The notes beneath the pieces are model-generated. The model saw only the letters and a program-made list of their open reading frames with translations, was not told the DNA's origin and did no database searches. A program made the translations under genes and the position numbers. From positions 32,001-96,000 of the forward strand of contig CAXTYC010000011.1 in assembly GCA_964248365.1 (NCBI GenBank): a stretch of DNA of 64,000 nt, in the 5' to 3' direction. Source of the DNA: an uncultured Chroococcidiopsis sp. (GTDB taxonomy: Bacteria > Cyanobacteriota > Cyanobacteriia > Cyanobacteriales > Chroococcidiopsidaceae). Position 1 is the first letter of the stretch; every line of letters begins with the position of its first letter. Positions 41,675 through 51,596 of the stretch are shown in pieces.

Positions 41675-41738
41675 AACAATCCAAACTTGAAATTCTCAAA
41701 GCTAAAATATCAATAATAAGCAATCTGCCTTTGTACTC

Positions 41739-42470
41739 TTAGGTAGTTTTTTGAGTTAATAGTGATGTTTTGGTACGTGCGGCATTTACAAAAGCTTGAA
41801 AAATACGTTGCTGTAATGGATCATTAATAGATAATTCTGGATGCCATTGTAGCGCGATCGCCCAAGCATGGTGTTTGTGTTCCAAAGCCTCAATCACACC
41901 ATCAGCCGCCCATGCTGTAACATTCCACTCTGACGGTACAATACTAGCCGCTTGATGATGCCAAGACACTACCTTTACCTCTGTTGTACCAACAATCGCC
42001 GCCAAGCGGCTATCTGAGGTAATATAAACACCATGCTCAACCGAGTGCAATTGATCTGCTCGATGAACTACAACTTCACCAAATTCATCCGGTAAGTGGG
42101 GTACAAGACTACCACCAGTAGCTACCACTAGCACTTCTAAACCACGACAAATCCCTAAAACTGGGATATTTGTAGCCAAAACCAACTGTGCGAGGGATAT
42201 TTCAGAGCGATCGCGCTCTCGATCTACATTATAAATTGTTGGATGCACTACCTGATTATAGATAGCTGGGTCAATATCACCCCCACCAGAAAAAATCAAA
42301 CCATCCAACCGTAACAAAATAGTAGATAAATCAGGTTCTCCTGCTGGAATCAGGATAGGTACACCACCTGCCAAGCGCACCGCCTCTACATACAATCTAG
42401 ACAGACAAAAACTGCCTTGAAGCATCTGACTTGAAGTAGTAATACCAATTAGTGGCGACTGGAATCCCAT
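41739..42470 (-). CDS. Gamma-glutamyl-gamma-aminobutyrate hydrolase family protein (peptidase C26)
   Basis: SGGGDIDP, LGICRG, SWHHQA, QWHPE class I amidotransferase motifs. Confidence 0.9.
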   Translation of the reverse strand: MGFQSPLIGITTSSQMLQGSFCLSRLYVEAVRLAGGVPILIPAGEPDLSTILLRLDGLIFSGGGDIDPAIYNQVVHPTIYNVDRERDRSEISLAQLVLATNIPVLGICRGLEVLVVATGGSLVPHLPDEFGEVVVHRADQLHSVEHGVYITSDSRLAAIVGTTEVKVVSWHHQAASIVPSEWNVTAWAADGVIEALEHKHHAWAIALQWHPELSINDPLQQRIFQAFVNAARTKTSLLTQKTT

Positions 42471-42668
42471 GTTTGGTGTTGAATAATCTTTAATTGTTTC
42501 CTATTTTCTTTCACCTAACTCATAATAGCTATGAGATGCAACTGGGTATTAACATTAATATCCCATTTTAGACTTTACTTTTCTATCAATTATAATGCAA
42601 TTGCAGAGCGTGATCTAGGGAACGTTTAAGATATTGTGTTGGAACAAATATGACAAAAAAGCATATAT

Positions 42669-42839
42669 GAGGTTGAGTCGAGATTTGTGTAAAAAGGTGC
42701 ATTCTGGGTCTGAGTCGGCTTGATTTTTCTTAGGTAATGATGATTGAAAACAACCATTAGTAGCAACTTTTCAATTTTTTACACAGGAAGATTTTTTCAC
42801 CCTAATTGCACGATTTTACAGTTATTTCGGCTCAACCCC
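42669..42839. mobile_element. Tn3-like MITE, copy 1
   Basis: Ends GAGGTTGAGTCGAGAT / ATTTCGGCTCAACCCC; right IR read inward is GGGGTTGAGCCGAAATAACTGTAAAATCGTGCAATTAGG; homologous to 43963-44130. Confidence 0.7.
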
Positions 42840-43045
42840 TCTTTGTTTCAATATAGAGCCGGAGAACGAGTTTTAAGGGCTTTGCTGCTCGCGCTATGAA
42901 GTAGCTTCGACTGTACTTATAAAAGATGCGCGCTACTTGTCTTAAAGATCTCAGCTATTGCCTACTTAGAGCAGATCTTAGGCTGATAAGTAGGTCTGAC
43001 AGATAATTTGCCAAGTGGTCAAATAATTTGGCAAGCGACACCTAA

Positions 43046-43771
43046 CTAGGCAATTAGCTCAATCGCTCCAGTATCGAGGTTGTAGTAAGCGCCTACGACC
43101 TTCAAATTACCTTTTTTGACGCGCGGGGCTAGGATAGGCTGAGACTCTTTTAATTCATTAGTAACATACTTAATGTTGGCGCGTACAGCATTATCAACAG
43201 CATCACCTGGTTGATTTTTTACTGACTCAATACCAGGGTCAATCGCTTGAGTAAATTTGCTCAGGTAACTGGGTAAAGGCTTGCCCGTGCGGATAGAATC
43301 AACCACAGCCGTCACGGCTCCACAGCGACGATGCCCTAGTACTACCACAAGTGGAGAACCCAAGTTTTCTACAGCGTAGTCAATGCTCTCTAGCCCACCA
43401 GTTTCTACAAAGTTACCAGCAACACGAATTGTAAACAAATCCCCTAGTCCCTGATCGAACACGACCTCTGGTGGTACGCGAGAATCAGAGCATCCTAGGA
43501 TAACTGCGAAGGGGTGTTGGTTTTTGGCTAGTTCGTGTATACGAAGACGACTGCGGTCAGGGTTAAGATCTTTACCTGCGACAAAGCGCTTGTTACCATC
43601 CAGCAGCCGCTGTAGCGCTTTGTCAGGACTGATGCTCAGCCCTGACTCCTTCGCCACAACTAACTGTGGAGAGAGTAACTTAGGAGCCACGCTTGCTACC
43701 AAAGCTCCTGCTCCAACAAACATAAGCATACTTCGCCGAGAGATTCCTTCAGTTCTTTGAATTTCTGTCAT
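43046..43771 (-). CDS. Beta-class carbonic anhydrase with twin-arginine signal peptide
   Basis: SRRSMLMFVG Tat-like motif; CSDSRV and GHRRCGAV zinc ligands; RVAGN. Confidence 0.92.
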   Translation of the reverse strand: MTEIQRTEGISRRSMLMFVGAGALVASVAPKLLSPQLVVAKESGLSISPDKALQRLLDGNKRFVAGKDLNPDRSRLRIHELAKNQHPFAVILGCSDSRVPPEVVFDQGLGDLFTIRVAGNFVETGGLESIDYAVENLGSPLVVVLGHRRCGAVTAVVDSIRTGKPLPSYLSKFTQAIDPGIESVKNQPGDAVDNAVRANIKYVTNELKESQPILAPRVKKGNLKVVGAYYNLDTGAIELIA

Positions 43772-43826
43772 TAGTACAACTTTTTTTACGTAGCAGTGTA
43801 GACCGCTTCTAATAATACATGAACTC

Positions 43827-43962
43827 TAAGGAGGTGGATTAAATAAGATTCAGAATTATGATATTTGTGGCTTAGCAGTATAATTCCTTTGCGGCAAATA
43901 ATCATCAAACAAAATTTCTATCGCTTGCTTGAAATTCTCTGTAATACAGTGCGACTCGTTTT
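43827..43962 (-). pseudogene. 3'-terminal fragment of an IS transposase (ISAzo13-like) with IR remnant
   Basis: Translates ...FKQAIEILFDDYLPQRNYTAKPQIS*, followed by a degenerate TAAG(T)AGGTGG..AAATAA end; family assigned from memory. Confidence 0.5.
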
Positions 43963-44130
43963 GGGGTTGAGCCGATATCCGTGTAAAAAGGTACAAGATA
44001 GTCTGACTTGGCTTGATTTTCTTTGTAATGATGATTGAAGACAACCATTAGTAGTAACTTTTCAATTCTTTACACAGTAATATTTTTCAATCCTAATTGC
44101 ACGGTTTTACAGTTGTCTCGGTTTAACCCC
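43963..44130. mobile_element. Tn3-like MITE, copy 2
   Basis: GGGGTTGAGCCGATAT ... GTCTCGGTTTAACCCC; same orientation as copy 1, shared interior GTAATGATGATTGAA.ACAACCATTAGTAG.AACTTTTCAATT. Confidence 0.75.
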
Positions 44131-44248
44131 TATATTATCTAAATATATACAGAAAACTTCCGTTTATCCCTTCTAAAGCAGGGTAATATACGAAAAAATT
44201 ATCTAGTGATGTAATCTAATCAAAGTGTAGTGATAACTTCGAGTGATT

Positions 44249-44965
44249 ATGCTTAGAAAAATTGACAGAAATATCTGGGTTGCCGAACAACCATTTAGGT
44301 ATTTTGGACTGAGTGTTGGCACAAGAATGACGGTTATTCGTCTCACAAATAACGAGTTAGTTGTTATCTCTCCGATTCAAGTTGATCAAGAAACGATCCA
44401 TCAACTTAATGAAATTGGAGATGTTAGCCATATCATTGCGCCAAATCTTTATCACTATCTGTTCACGTCTAACTTTAAAGCTCTTTACCCAAAAGCAATC
44501 CTCTGGGCTGCACCTGGTTTAGAGTCCAAAAGACCTGAACTTCCTATCGATCGCATAATACAAGATGGAAGTTTTTTGGATGAAGTTGAATATTTATTGT
44601 TTGATGGGTTCAGAACCTTTGGCTTAAGTGGAGCTTCACCATTCAATGAATGTGTTTTCTTCCACCCTGAAAGTCACACCTTGGTATTAACAGATACAGC
44701 TTACCATTTCGATGAAAGCTTTCCACTGCTCACTCAATTAGTAGCTAGAGCAATTGGGGGGTACAAAAACCTAAGCCCATCATTGCTAGAGCGGAAGGCT
44801 ACACAAGAAACAGACAAGGTAAAACAAGCAGTTCAAAAAGTACTTGCTTGGAACTTTGAGCGCGTCATCATGGCGCACGGTAGCATCATAGAGAACAATG
44901 CAAAGCAAAGGTTTAGAGAGGGTTATGAGTGGTTTTTAGGTACATCCCTGAACACCGCAGCCTAA
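44249..44965 (+). CDS. DUF4336 family protein (metallo-beta-lactamase-like)
   Basis: GTRMTVIRL, IIAPNLYH, FFHPESHTLVLTD, VIMAHG. Confidence 0.82.
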   Translation: MLRKIDRNIWVAEQPFRYFGLSVGTRMTVIRLTNNELVVISPIQVDQETIHQLNEIGDVSHIIAPNLYHYLFTSNFKALYPKAILWAAPGLESKRPELPIDRIIQDGSFLDEVEYLLFDGFRTFGLSGASPFNECVFFHPESHTLVLTDTAYHFDESFPLLTQLVARAIGGYKNLSPSLLERKATQETDKVKQAVQKVLAWNFERVIMAHGSIIENNAKQRFREGYEWFLGTSLNTAA

Positions 44966-45037
44966 CACTTGATTGGAGTGGATAGACGATCGCTCGCACG
45001 AGCTAAAATGTAAAGATATCTGTGATTTCCTTGCCTA

Positions 45038-45502
45038 ATGGAAACTACCATGCTTCCTCTAAAAAGCGATCGCCCTTCTCTATACGATACAGATTACCTG
45101 CAATGGATTAAGACGACTGTGGAGAAATTGCACAGTCGAGACTATGGGAATGTGGACTGGGATAATCTGATCGAGGAAATTGAGGACATGGGGAGGAGTG
45201 AGCAAAGAAGTTTAGAAAGTAACTTGATTGTACTTCTACTTCACTTGCTTAAATGGCAATACCAACCTGAACGCAGAAGTGGCAGTTGGGAAAGCAGTAT
45301 TATCGAACATCGTAGGCGAATAAAGAAAGCTCTCAAAGAGTCTCCTAGCCTAAAACCCTATCTTGAAAGTATATTCTCTGAGTCTTACATAGAAGCAGTT
45401 AAACAAGCAAAAGCTGAAACAGGGCTGCCATTAGAAACCTTTCCTCTAGAGTGTCCGTATGAGTTAGCAGCCCTGTGGGATGATGAGTTTTTACCTCAGT
45501 GA
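45038..45502 (+). CDS. DUF29 family protein
   Basis: LYDTDYLQW, DWDNLIEEIEDMGRSE, LLHLLKWQYQP, FPLECPY. Confidence 0.92.
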   Translation: METTMLPLKSDRPSLYDTDYLQWIKTTVEKLHSRDYGNVDWDNLIEEIEDMGRSEQRSLESNLIVLLLHLLKWQYQPERRSGSWESSIIEHRRRIKKALKESPSLKPYLESIFSESYIEAVKQAKAETGLPLETFPLECPYELAALWDDEFLPQ

Positions 45503-45548
45503 GTTGAACTATTGCGGTTTGCGCTCTGGTAATTTCTTGATTGCTTCT

Positions 45549-46745
45549 CTAGCCCAAACGCCCCTCTAGTAACCAAGCCCTACGGTTTCGTCTTAGCCAC
45601 AGTCCTAATAGTAGACCCAGCACAACTATGCCTGTAAAGTAAGTCAAGGCAATTAACCGAATTCCTAGAGGCGGAGCCACTGGTGCAACTTCTATTTCTT
45701 GTGCCACTTGGAAGGGCTGAAATTGGCGTGCAGCATTTGGTTGGGGAGAAACCTGTATTACTATCTTATGGGGTGCGCCATCAAAAAATTGCTGTTGCCA
45801 TTTGAGTTTACCACTGTTATCTGGCTGGCTTTGATAGGCAAATGACACCCAGTTATCTTCTAGCTGAGTAGTTGTGACATTCAACAACACATCTGTTATG
45901 GGCTGACCTGTTTTTGTATCAATCACAGAAACAGCGCCATTTAGAGGTTGTCCTACTGTAGCGTGGGTATCTGCCGATAAATGCAGTTTTAGACCCTCAG
46001 ACTCACGAATTGCTGGAACTGCTATTGGGGACTGATGATGAGCGTGAGTATGGTTATCAGCCGAGGCAAATTCAGCATTGAAGTTAACTACAAGTAGGGT
46101 AGCGATCGCTAATATTGTTACCCCACTTAATAACACTCGCACCCGCACTGGGGCAATCTCTCCTGGTTGTGTTTGCTGCTTACCGCCTATCACTAAACCA
46201 CCCCCTAACCCAACAACTAGTAAAATGGCTGCCAAAATGCCAAAGTAGCGGTATTTGAGTGGATTTTCAGATACAGGTAGTGTAAGAGTTTGCTTGATGG
46301 GAGTGAAAGCATCCGCCACTAACGGCGTGACATTTACAACAAGTTGATATTTACCTCGAATAGGTAGTATCTGCTGGACTTGTAATTTACCTTCGGGAGC
46401 GCGAGCCTCCACATTTAGTAGTTCAGTTCCCTCCACGATTGGAAAATCAGTGTGAAGCAAGGGATTTGGGGGAGGCGTGAGAATTTGTAAGTTAAATTTG
46501 GCATTCTCTAACGGCTTACCACCAGCATCAACCGCAGACAGCATCAAACGTACTGGAGATTGAGGGTGATTAGAACCTAGCGGCGTAGCGGCTTCAGCTT
46601 CAAAGGGCAATATTTGGCTAATATTTGGCTCAGTAGTCAACTGCACTGTTGATTGTGGCGACTGGGAAAATCCTACCCACCCATGTAAAACTATACCCAC
46701 CAAGCAAATAGCGCCGATGAGCGCAGACAACTTGAATTTTGACAT
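45549..46745 (-). CDS. Uncharacterised membrane protein with two beta-rich soluble domains and a His-rich linker
   Basis: About four hydrophobic segments; DNHTHAHHQ; 30 bp downstream of cbtB; start taken at MSKFKLS. Confidence 0.8.
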   Translation of the reverse strand: MSKFKLSALIGAICLVGIVLHGWVGFSQSPQSTVQLTTEPNISQILPFEAEAATPLGSNHPQSPVRLMLSAVDAGGKPLENAKFNLQILTPPPNPLLHTDFPIVEGTELLNVEARAPEGKLQVQQILPIRGKYQLVVNVTPLVADAFTPIKQTLTLPVSENPLKYRYFGILAAILLVVGLGGGLVIGGKQQTQPGEIAPVRVRVLLSGVTILAIATLLVVNFNAEFASADNHTHAHHQSPIAVPAIRESEGLKLHLSADTHATVGQPLNGAVSVIDTKTGQPITDVLLNVTTTQLEDNWVSFAYQSQPDNSGKLKWQQQFFDGAPHKIVIQVSPQPNAARQFQPFQVAQEIEVAPVAPPLGIRLIALTYFTGIVVLGLLLGLWLRRNRRAWLLEGRLG

Positions 46746-46775
46746 TTCTGGACTCCTGCTACTGCACAAGGACGA

Positions 46776-46964
46776 CTAATGACAACTAACCGTTAAGGTG
46801 TGATGACGTAGAGAGTGCATCGAATCGTGAACAGCAGGATAGGTAGTGAAGAAAATAGTCCAGAGAATCAACGCACATAAAGATATGTAAAGCGTTGCTT
46901 GCACAGGAAGGGATAAAGTAAAACGTACCGTCCGTTGCCAGATTGAAATAGAATGAGCTGTCAT
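46776..46964 (-). CDS. cbtB: CbtB-like small cobalt transporter subunit
   Basis: Single TM helix then VHDSMHSLRHHTLTVSCH (H-D-x-x-H-x-x-R-H...CH); downstream of B12 riboswitch. Confidence 0.85.
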   Translation of the reverse strand: MTAHSISIWQRTVRFTLSLPVQATLYISLCALILWTIFFTTYPAVHDSMHSLRHHTLTVSCH

Positions 46965-46997
46965 CTGTACCTCGCAGATCTATTCTTGAATACTCTC

Positions 46998-47350
46998 AAA
47001 GTCGGTGGGCATTCTGGCTCACTCAATTTTGGGTTTTAGATTTGCAATGGTAGTTGGTTAAAGGTGAAACGGGAAAGGTTAAAGGTGAAACGGGAAAGGT
47101 AAGGTGATTAAAGGGTGGACGCGCTTGTTTTGAATGAAACTATGAAGCTACAAACGAGAGCGCGACTATTCTATGCTTATCACCCTTGCCCCTTTTCCCT
47201 TCTTTATTTACCAATTACCAATTACCCATTACCTATTCTCCACTCGCAAATCTAAAATCTAAAATCGAATCACAGTTGCGGGACAGCGTAGGACTTTCAC
47301 CTAACTTTCCCCGTTTCCTCTAGCGGCTGTTCCCCACTAGAGGCGACTTT
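46998..47350 (-). ncRNA. Cobalamin riboswitch with large internal insertion
   Basis: Minus strand: CTAGTGG/CCGCTAG stem, AAACGGGGAAAG, TAGG-TGAAAGT-CCTA hairpin, CTGTCCCGCAACTGTG, then B12-box GAGCCAGAATGCCCACC; closing pair AAAGTCG/CGACTTT. Confidence 0.85.
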
Positions 47351-47395
47351 ACACAAGGAGATTATCTTATCACTGTTTTTACCCTGGCAAATGAA

Positions 47396-49147
47396 CTATT
47401 GCAGGATTTCTTCTAACTGATGCTGGTTCCATAGCTTTTGGTAAAGTCCTGGTTGTTGCACAAGGAAGGCATGAGTGCCAGATTGAACAATTTGACCTCT
47501 ATCCATGACAAAAATTCTGTCAGCTGTGGCAGCAGCGGACAACTGGTGGGAAATAAAAATCACGGTTTTGCGTTGAGTGCCTGAAGAAAGATTTTTCAGA
47601 ATATCTGTAGCTGTTTGATTATCTACGCTGGAGAGAGCATCATCTAAGATCAGCACGGGAGCATCAACTAACAAAGCCCTAGCCAAAGCTGTACGCTGCC
47701 TTTGACCACCTGAGAGGGTGATACCACGTTCACCGACAATGGTTTCGTATTGCAGCGGAAAATTGAGAATTTCTGCATGAATTTGAGCTTGCTTGGCGCA
47801 GTATTCTACTTCTGATTGTTCACTTAAAGGATCGCCATAACGGATATTGTTTTTGATCGTGGTGCTGAAAAGGAAACTGTCTTGAGGGACATAGGCGATC
47901 GCACTGCGTAAATCTCGTAATTTAATCTGAGTAATATCATATCCATCCAAAAATAGTTGTCCTGGCTCAATATCTAATAGACGCGGCAAAGCATTCGCTA
48001 AAGTTGATTTTCCCGAACCAATTGGACCGACAATCGCCACTGTCTCCCCTGGCGAAATTTCAAGGTTGACATTTTGCAGCGTTTGTGTATTGGTCTCTGG
48101 ATAGGTGTAACTGAGATTTCGCGCTATGATTTGCCCCTTGACTTGTTCGAGGGGCAGACTGATGGCATTATCTGTATCTTTAATTTTGGGTGTAACCGTG
48201 AGAATTGACTCGATGCGGTCAATACTGACTTCACCTCGTTGGTAGGTAGTAATTGTGAAGCCTAATAAGGCAGTGGGGAAAACCAGCCGTTCTACATATA
48301 GAATCAGAGCTAAAAAATTACCAACGCTTAAGGTTCCCTGGGCGATTCGCCCTGCTCCTAGCCACAGCAGTAGCAGTAAGCTAATATAAGCGAGTCCTCC
48401 TATGAGAGGAAACAGTGTATTTCGAGTTTTTGCTAGCCCTAAATTTGCCTTCAATAGCTGCTGATTATTTTGACCAAAGGCGCGACGCTCATTTTCTTCT
48501 TGGGCGTAAATTTTGATCAGAGCCATGCCGCTCATATCTTCTTGGATCAATTCGCTGATTTGCGACAGTTCTTCCTGTACCGCCATCTGTTGGTTACGCA
48601 AGCGATCGCTAAATAACTGTACCAAAATCAGCATGAAGGGGTAGACTGCGATCGAGGCTAAAGTTAATGGCACGTTGATCGCTAACATTACAGGCAGTGT
48701 GAGGACGTAGGCAAAGAAGGTATTCGCCAAAGAAAGGACACCAAATCCCACCAGGCGGCGGATATTTTCTACATCACTGGTTGCCCGATTAATTAAGTCC
48801 CCAGTTGCGTTGACATTAAAATAACCTGCTTCCAATTGCAGCAGGTGTTGAAAAATCTTTTGTTTCAAATCAAATTCTACCTGCCGCCCTGCACCAAATA
48901 GGGCAATGCGCGATACCATGCGGATCACCCACATCGCCGAGCTAAGTGCGACAATCAGCACTACATACCACCAAATTAGACTGAAGCTGAACTTAACCTG
49001 AAGTTTGTCAATGATATTGCGAATTAGCAATGGAATGTAGACACCCACAGCATTAACAATCAACAGAGCTAAGATGCCGACTGTAACCTGTCGCCAATGG
49101 GGACGTAGGTAGGAAAGGAGTTTAGAGAATCGGGAACTTTGAGCCAT
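47396..49147 (-). CDS. ABC exporter, fused permease/ATPase (MdlA-like)
   Basis: N-terminal TM domain; GPIGSGKS, LSGGQRQR, ILDDALS. Confidence 0.92.
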   Translation of the reverse strand: MAQSSRFSKLLSYLRPHWRQVTVGILALLIVNAVGVYIPLLIRNIIDKLQVKFSFSLIWWYVVLIVALSSAMWVIRMVSRIALFGAGRQVEFDLKQKIFQHLLQLEAGYFNVNATGDLINRATSDVENIRRLVGFGVLSLANTFFAYVLTLPVMLAINVPLTLASIAVYPFMLILVQLFSDRLRNQQMAVQEELSQISELIQEDMSGMALIKIYAQEENERRAFGQNNQQLLKANLGLAKTRNTLFPLIGGLAYISLLLLLWLGAGRIAQGTLSVGNFLALILYVERLVFPTALLGFTITTYQRGEVSIDRIESILTVTPKIKDTDNAISLPLEQVKGQIIARNLSYTYPETNTQTLQNVNLEISPGETVAIVGPIGSGKSTLANALPRLLDIEPGQLFLDGYDITQIKLRDLRSAIAYVPQDSFLFSTTIKNNIRYGDPLSEQSEVEYCAKQAQIHAEILNFPLQYETIVGERGITLSGGQRQRTALARALLVDAPVLILDDALSSVDNQTATDILKNLSSGTQRKTVIFISHQLSAAATADRIFVMDRGQIVQSGTHAFLVQQPGLYQKLWNQHQLEEILQ

Positions 49148-49506
49148 GAAGCGCGAACAAGCGACTTTCTGATCTTAGAGCGATCGCAGCAATGTCTGTC
49201 TTCTAGCCCAGGAGTGGGAAGTAGGGTAATTTAAGAGGCTAGAGGAACCAGAGGCTAGAGGCACGAGGCAAGAGGAAAAACATCTACTGATAACATAAAT
49301 CACCGAAACAAACGAAAAATCTAGCCTCTCGCCTCGGGCAACGTGCAACGGGCAAGGGGCAACGAGCCTCTAGCCCCTTGCCCCTTGCCTTTTGGTGAGA
49401 GCCTAATATCAATTTGTTTGAGAGGTGGGGCAATTGATCATCTCATACTCCACTACCCTAACCATCAGTTAAATTAAAAAAGTTGTCAAACCACAAGGAA
49501 AAGAGA

Positions 49507-50505
49507 ATGTCGCCTCTAAAACCAACCGTTTTAGTTACTGGCGGAGCAGGATATATTGGCTCCCACGCTGTACTTGCCTTGAAACGCGCTGGCTACGGCG
49601 TGATTGTTCTCGATAACCTGGTGTATGGACATCGGGATTTGGTGGAAAAAGTTTTACAGGTAGAGCTAATTGTCGGTGATACAAATGACCGCGCACTGTT
49701 GGATGAGTTGTTTACCAAACATAATATTGCCGCCGTCATGCACTTTTCTGCCTATGCTTATGTAGGCGAATCAGTTACTGACCCTGATAAGTATTACCGT
49801 AATAACGTTGTTGGCACTCTAACTTTACTAGAAGCAATGCTGACAGCGTCGGTCAAGTATTTTGTCTTTTCTTCTACTTGTGCCACCTACGGAGTACCCA
49901 AGACAGTTCCAATTCCTGAAGATCATCCCCAAAATCCGATTAATCCCTATGGAGCCACTAAATTAATGGTCGAGCGGATTTTAGCAGATTTTGATGCCGC
50001 TTATGGGTTCAAGTCTGTATGTTTTCGCTACTTCAACGCCGCTGGTGCTGATCCGACTGGCTTATTAGGGGAGGATCATAACCCAGAAACCCATTTAATT
50101 CCCCTAGTTCTGATGGCGGCTATGGGTAAACGTGAATCTGTTTCAATTTTCGGCACTGATTACCCCACTCCAGACGGTACTTGTGTCCGAGATTATATTC
50201 ATGTTAGCGACTTGGCAGATGCTCACATCTTGGGTGTGGAATATCTTCTTAAGGGTGGCGATACCACAGTCTTTAACTTAGGCAATGGAAATGGCTTTTC
50301 AGTTAAACAAGTAATCGACACAGCTAGAAGTGTAACAGGTCGGGATATCAAAGTGGTAGAGGGCGATCGCCGTCCTGGAGATCCTCCAGCACTCGTTGGT
50401 AGCAGCGACAAAGCCAGAAAAATTTTGGGCTGGAACCCTCAGTATCCAGCCCTAGAAGAAATTCTTAATCATGCTTGGCAGTGGCATCAACGCCGCCATG
50501 AATAA
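49507..50505 (+). CDS. galE: UDP-glucose 4-epimerase
   Basis: TGGAGYIGSH, YGATK, RYFNAAGA, DGTCVRDYIHV. Confidence 0.93.
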   Translation: MSPLKPTVLVTGGAGYIGSHAVLALKRAGYGVIVLDNLVYGHRDLVEKVLQVELIVGDTNDRALLDELFTKHNIAAVMHFSAYAYVGESVTDPDKYYRNNVVGTLTLLEAMLTASVKYFVFSSTCATYGVPKTVPIPEDHPQNPINPYGATKLMVERILADFDAAYGFKSVCFRYFNAAGADPTGLLGEDHNPETHLIPLVLMAAMGKRESVSIFGTDYPTPDGTCVRDYIHVSDLADAHILGVEYLLKGGDTTVFNLGNGNGFSVKQVIDTARSVTGRDIKVVEGDRRPGDPPALVGSSDKARKILGWNPQYPALEEILNHAWQWHQRRHE

Positions 50506-50659
50506 AAGCGCGGAGCGGTTAGCCATTAGCTTTTAGCTGTTAGCGAGTAGCAACACTCATTGACACCCTCTCGTATTAAAGATCTAAAAAGGCTAGCTCC
50601 AAAGAAGATCTACTAACAGTGTTCTCACAACAGCTAACCGCTAATAGCTAATAGCTTTC

Positions 50660-51340
50660 TTAACAAGCCCCATGTTTGGCAACAATCACGTAAATCGTTT
50701 TAGCTATTATGTATAAGTCGTACAAGGGATGCCAACGCTTTTGATAGCGCAAATCGAGATTAACAATTTCCTCAAAGTCTTTGACGCTAGAACGACCATT
50801 TACTTGCCATTCACCCGTCAAACCTGGCTTGACATTTAATCTTTGCCAGTGACGCTCGTTGTATTGAGCAACTTCGTCAGCTGTTGGTGGGCGAGTTCCG
50901 ACTAAACTCATTTCGCCTACCAGCACGTTCCAAAACTGGGGTAGTTCGTCCAAGCTTGAGCTTCTCAGAAAACGACCTACTCTTGTTACTCGCGGATCTT
51001 TTTTATTCTTAAAAATTAGTCCTGACGCTTCGTTAGTCACTTGCGCCTTTAAAACATCAGCATTGTCAACCATTGAGCGAAATTTCCGCAAGCGGAAGAC
51101 TTTTCCCTGTAGTCCATAACGCTCTTGACTATAAAATATAGCTCCTGGGCTATCGAGCTTGATAGCGATCGCCACTGGCACGAATACTATAGCTAGGATT
51201 AGCAGCCCCACCAAACTGCCAATGATGTCCAAGCATCGCTTGAATAACGAGTAAGCTGATGGGTGGACGGATTGCGGCTCCGAGGATTTGTGTTCGGGAG
51301 CCTTGAGAATTGTAGGGAACGGTGCTTGGTACATCGTCAC
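50660..51340 (-). CDS. Bacterial sugar transferase (priming glycosyltransferase family)
   Basis: KRCLDI, KFRSM, DPRVTRVGRFLR, LDELPQFWNVL, KPGLTGEWQV. Confidence 0.92.
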   Translation of the reverse strand: MTMYQAPFPTILKAPEHKSSEPQSVHPSAYSLFKRCLDIIGSLVGLLILAIVFVPVAIAIKLDSPGAIFYSQERYGLQGKVFRLRKFRSMVDNADVLKAQVTNEASGLIFKNKKDPRVTRVGRFLRSSSLDELPQFWNVLVGEMSLVGTRPPTADEVAQYNERHWQRLNVKPGLTGEWQVNGRSSVKDFEEIVNLDLRYQKRWHPLYDLYIIAKTIYVIVAKHGAC

Positions 51341-51596
51341 GATTGAACCTACGACTGAAAAACCGTAATTTTACTTATACTGTATCCCGAATATAAACTT
51401 ACTCTTGACTAAAATAACAGTGTTTTTGCTTACAATTTGTCGAATCTTTATTAAGATCAACTGCCTACTTAGCCTTTGTAAAGTTTACGTAAAGATGCAC
51501 TGTTCAGGGTTTATACGTAGAAAAGTGAGAATCGCCCACTCAAATATACTTATCAAATAGCACAGTTAACTTCACCCATGATTTTTCCATAATCTT

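Noticed and set aside
43856..44044. 62-aa ORF as a real gene
   Set aside because: Chimera of MITE sequence and a transposase C-terminal fragment
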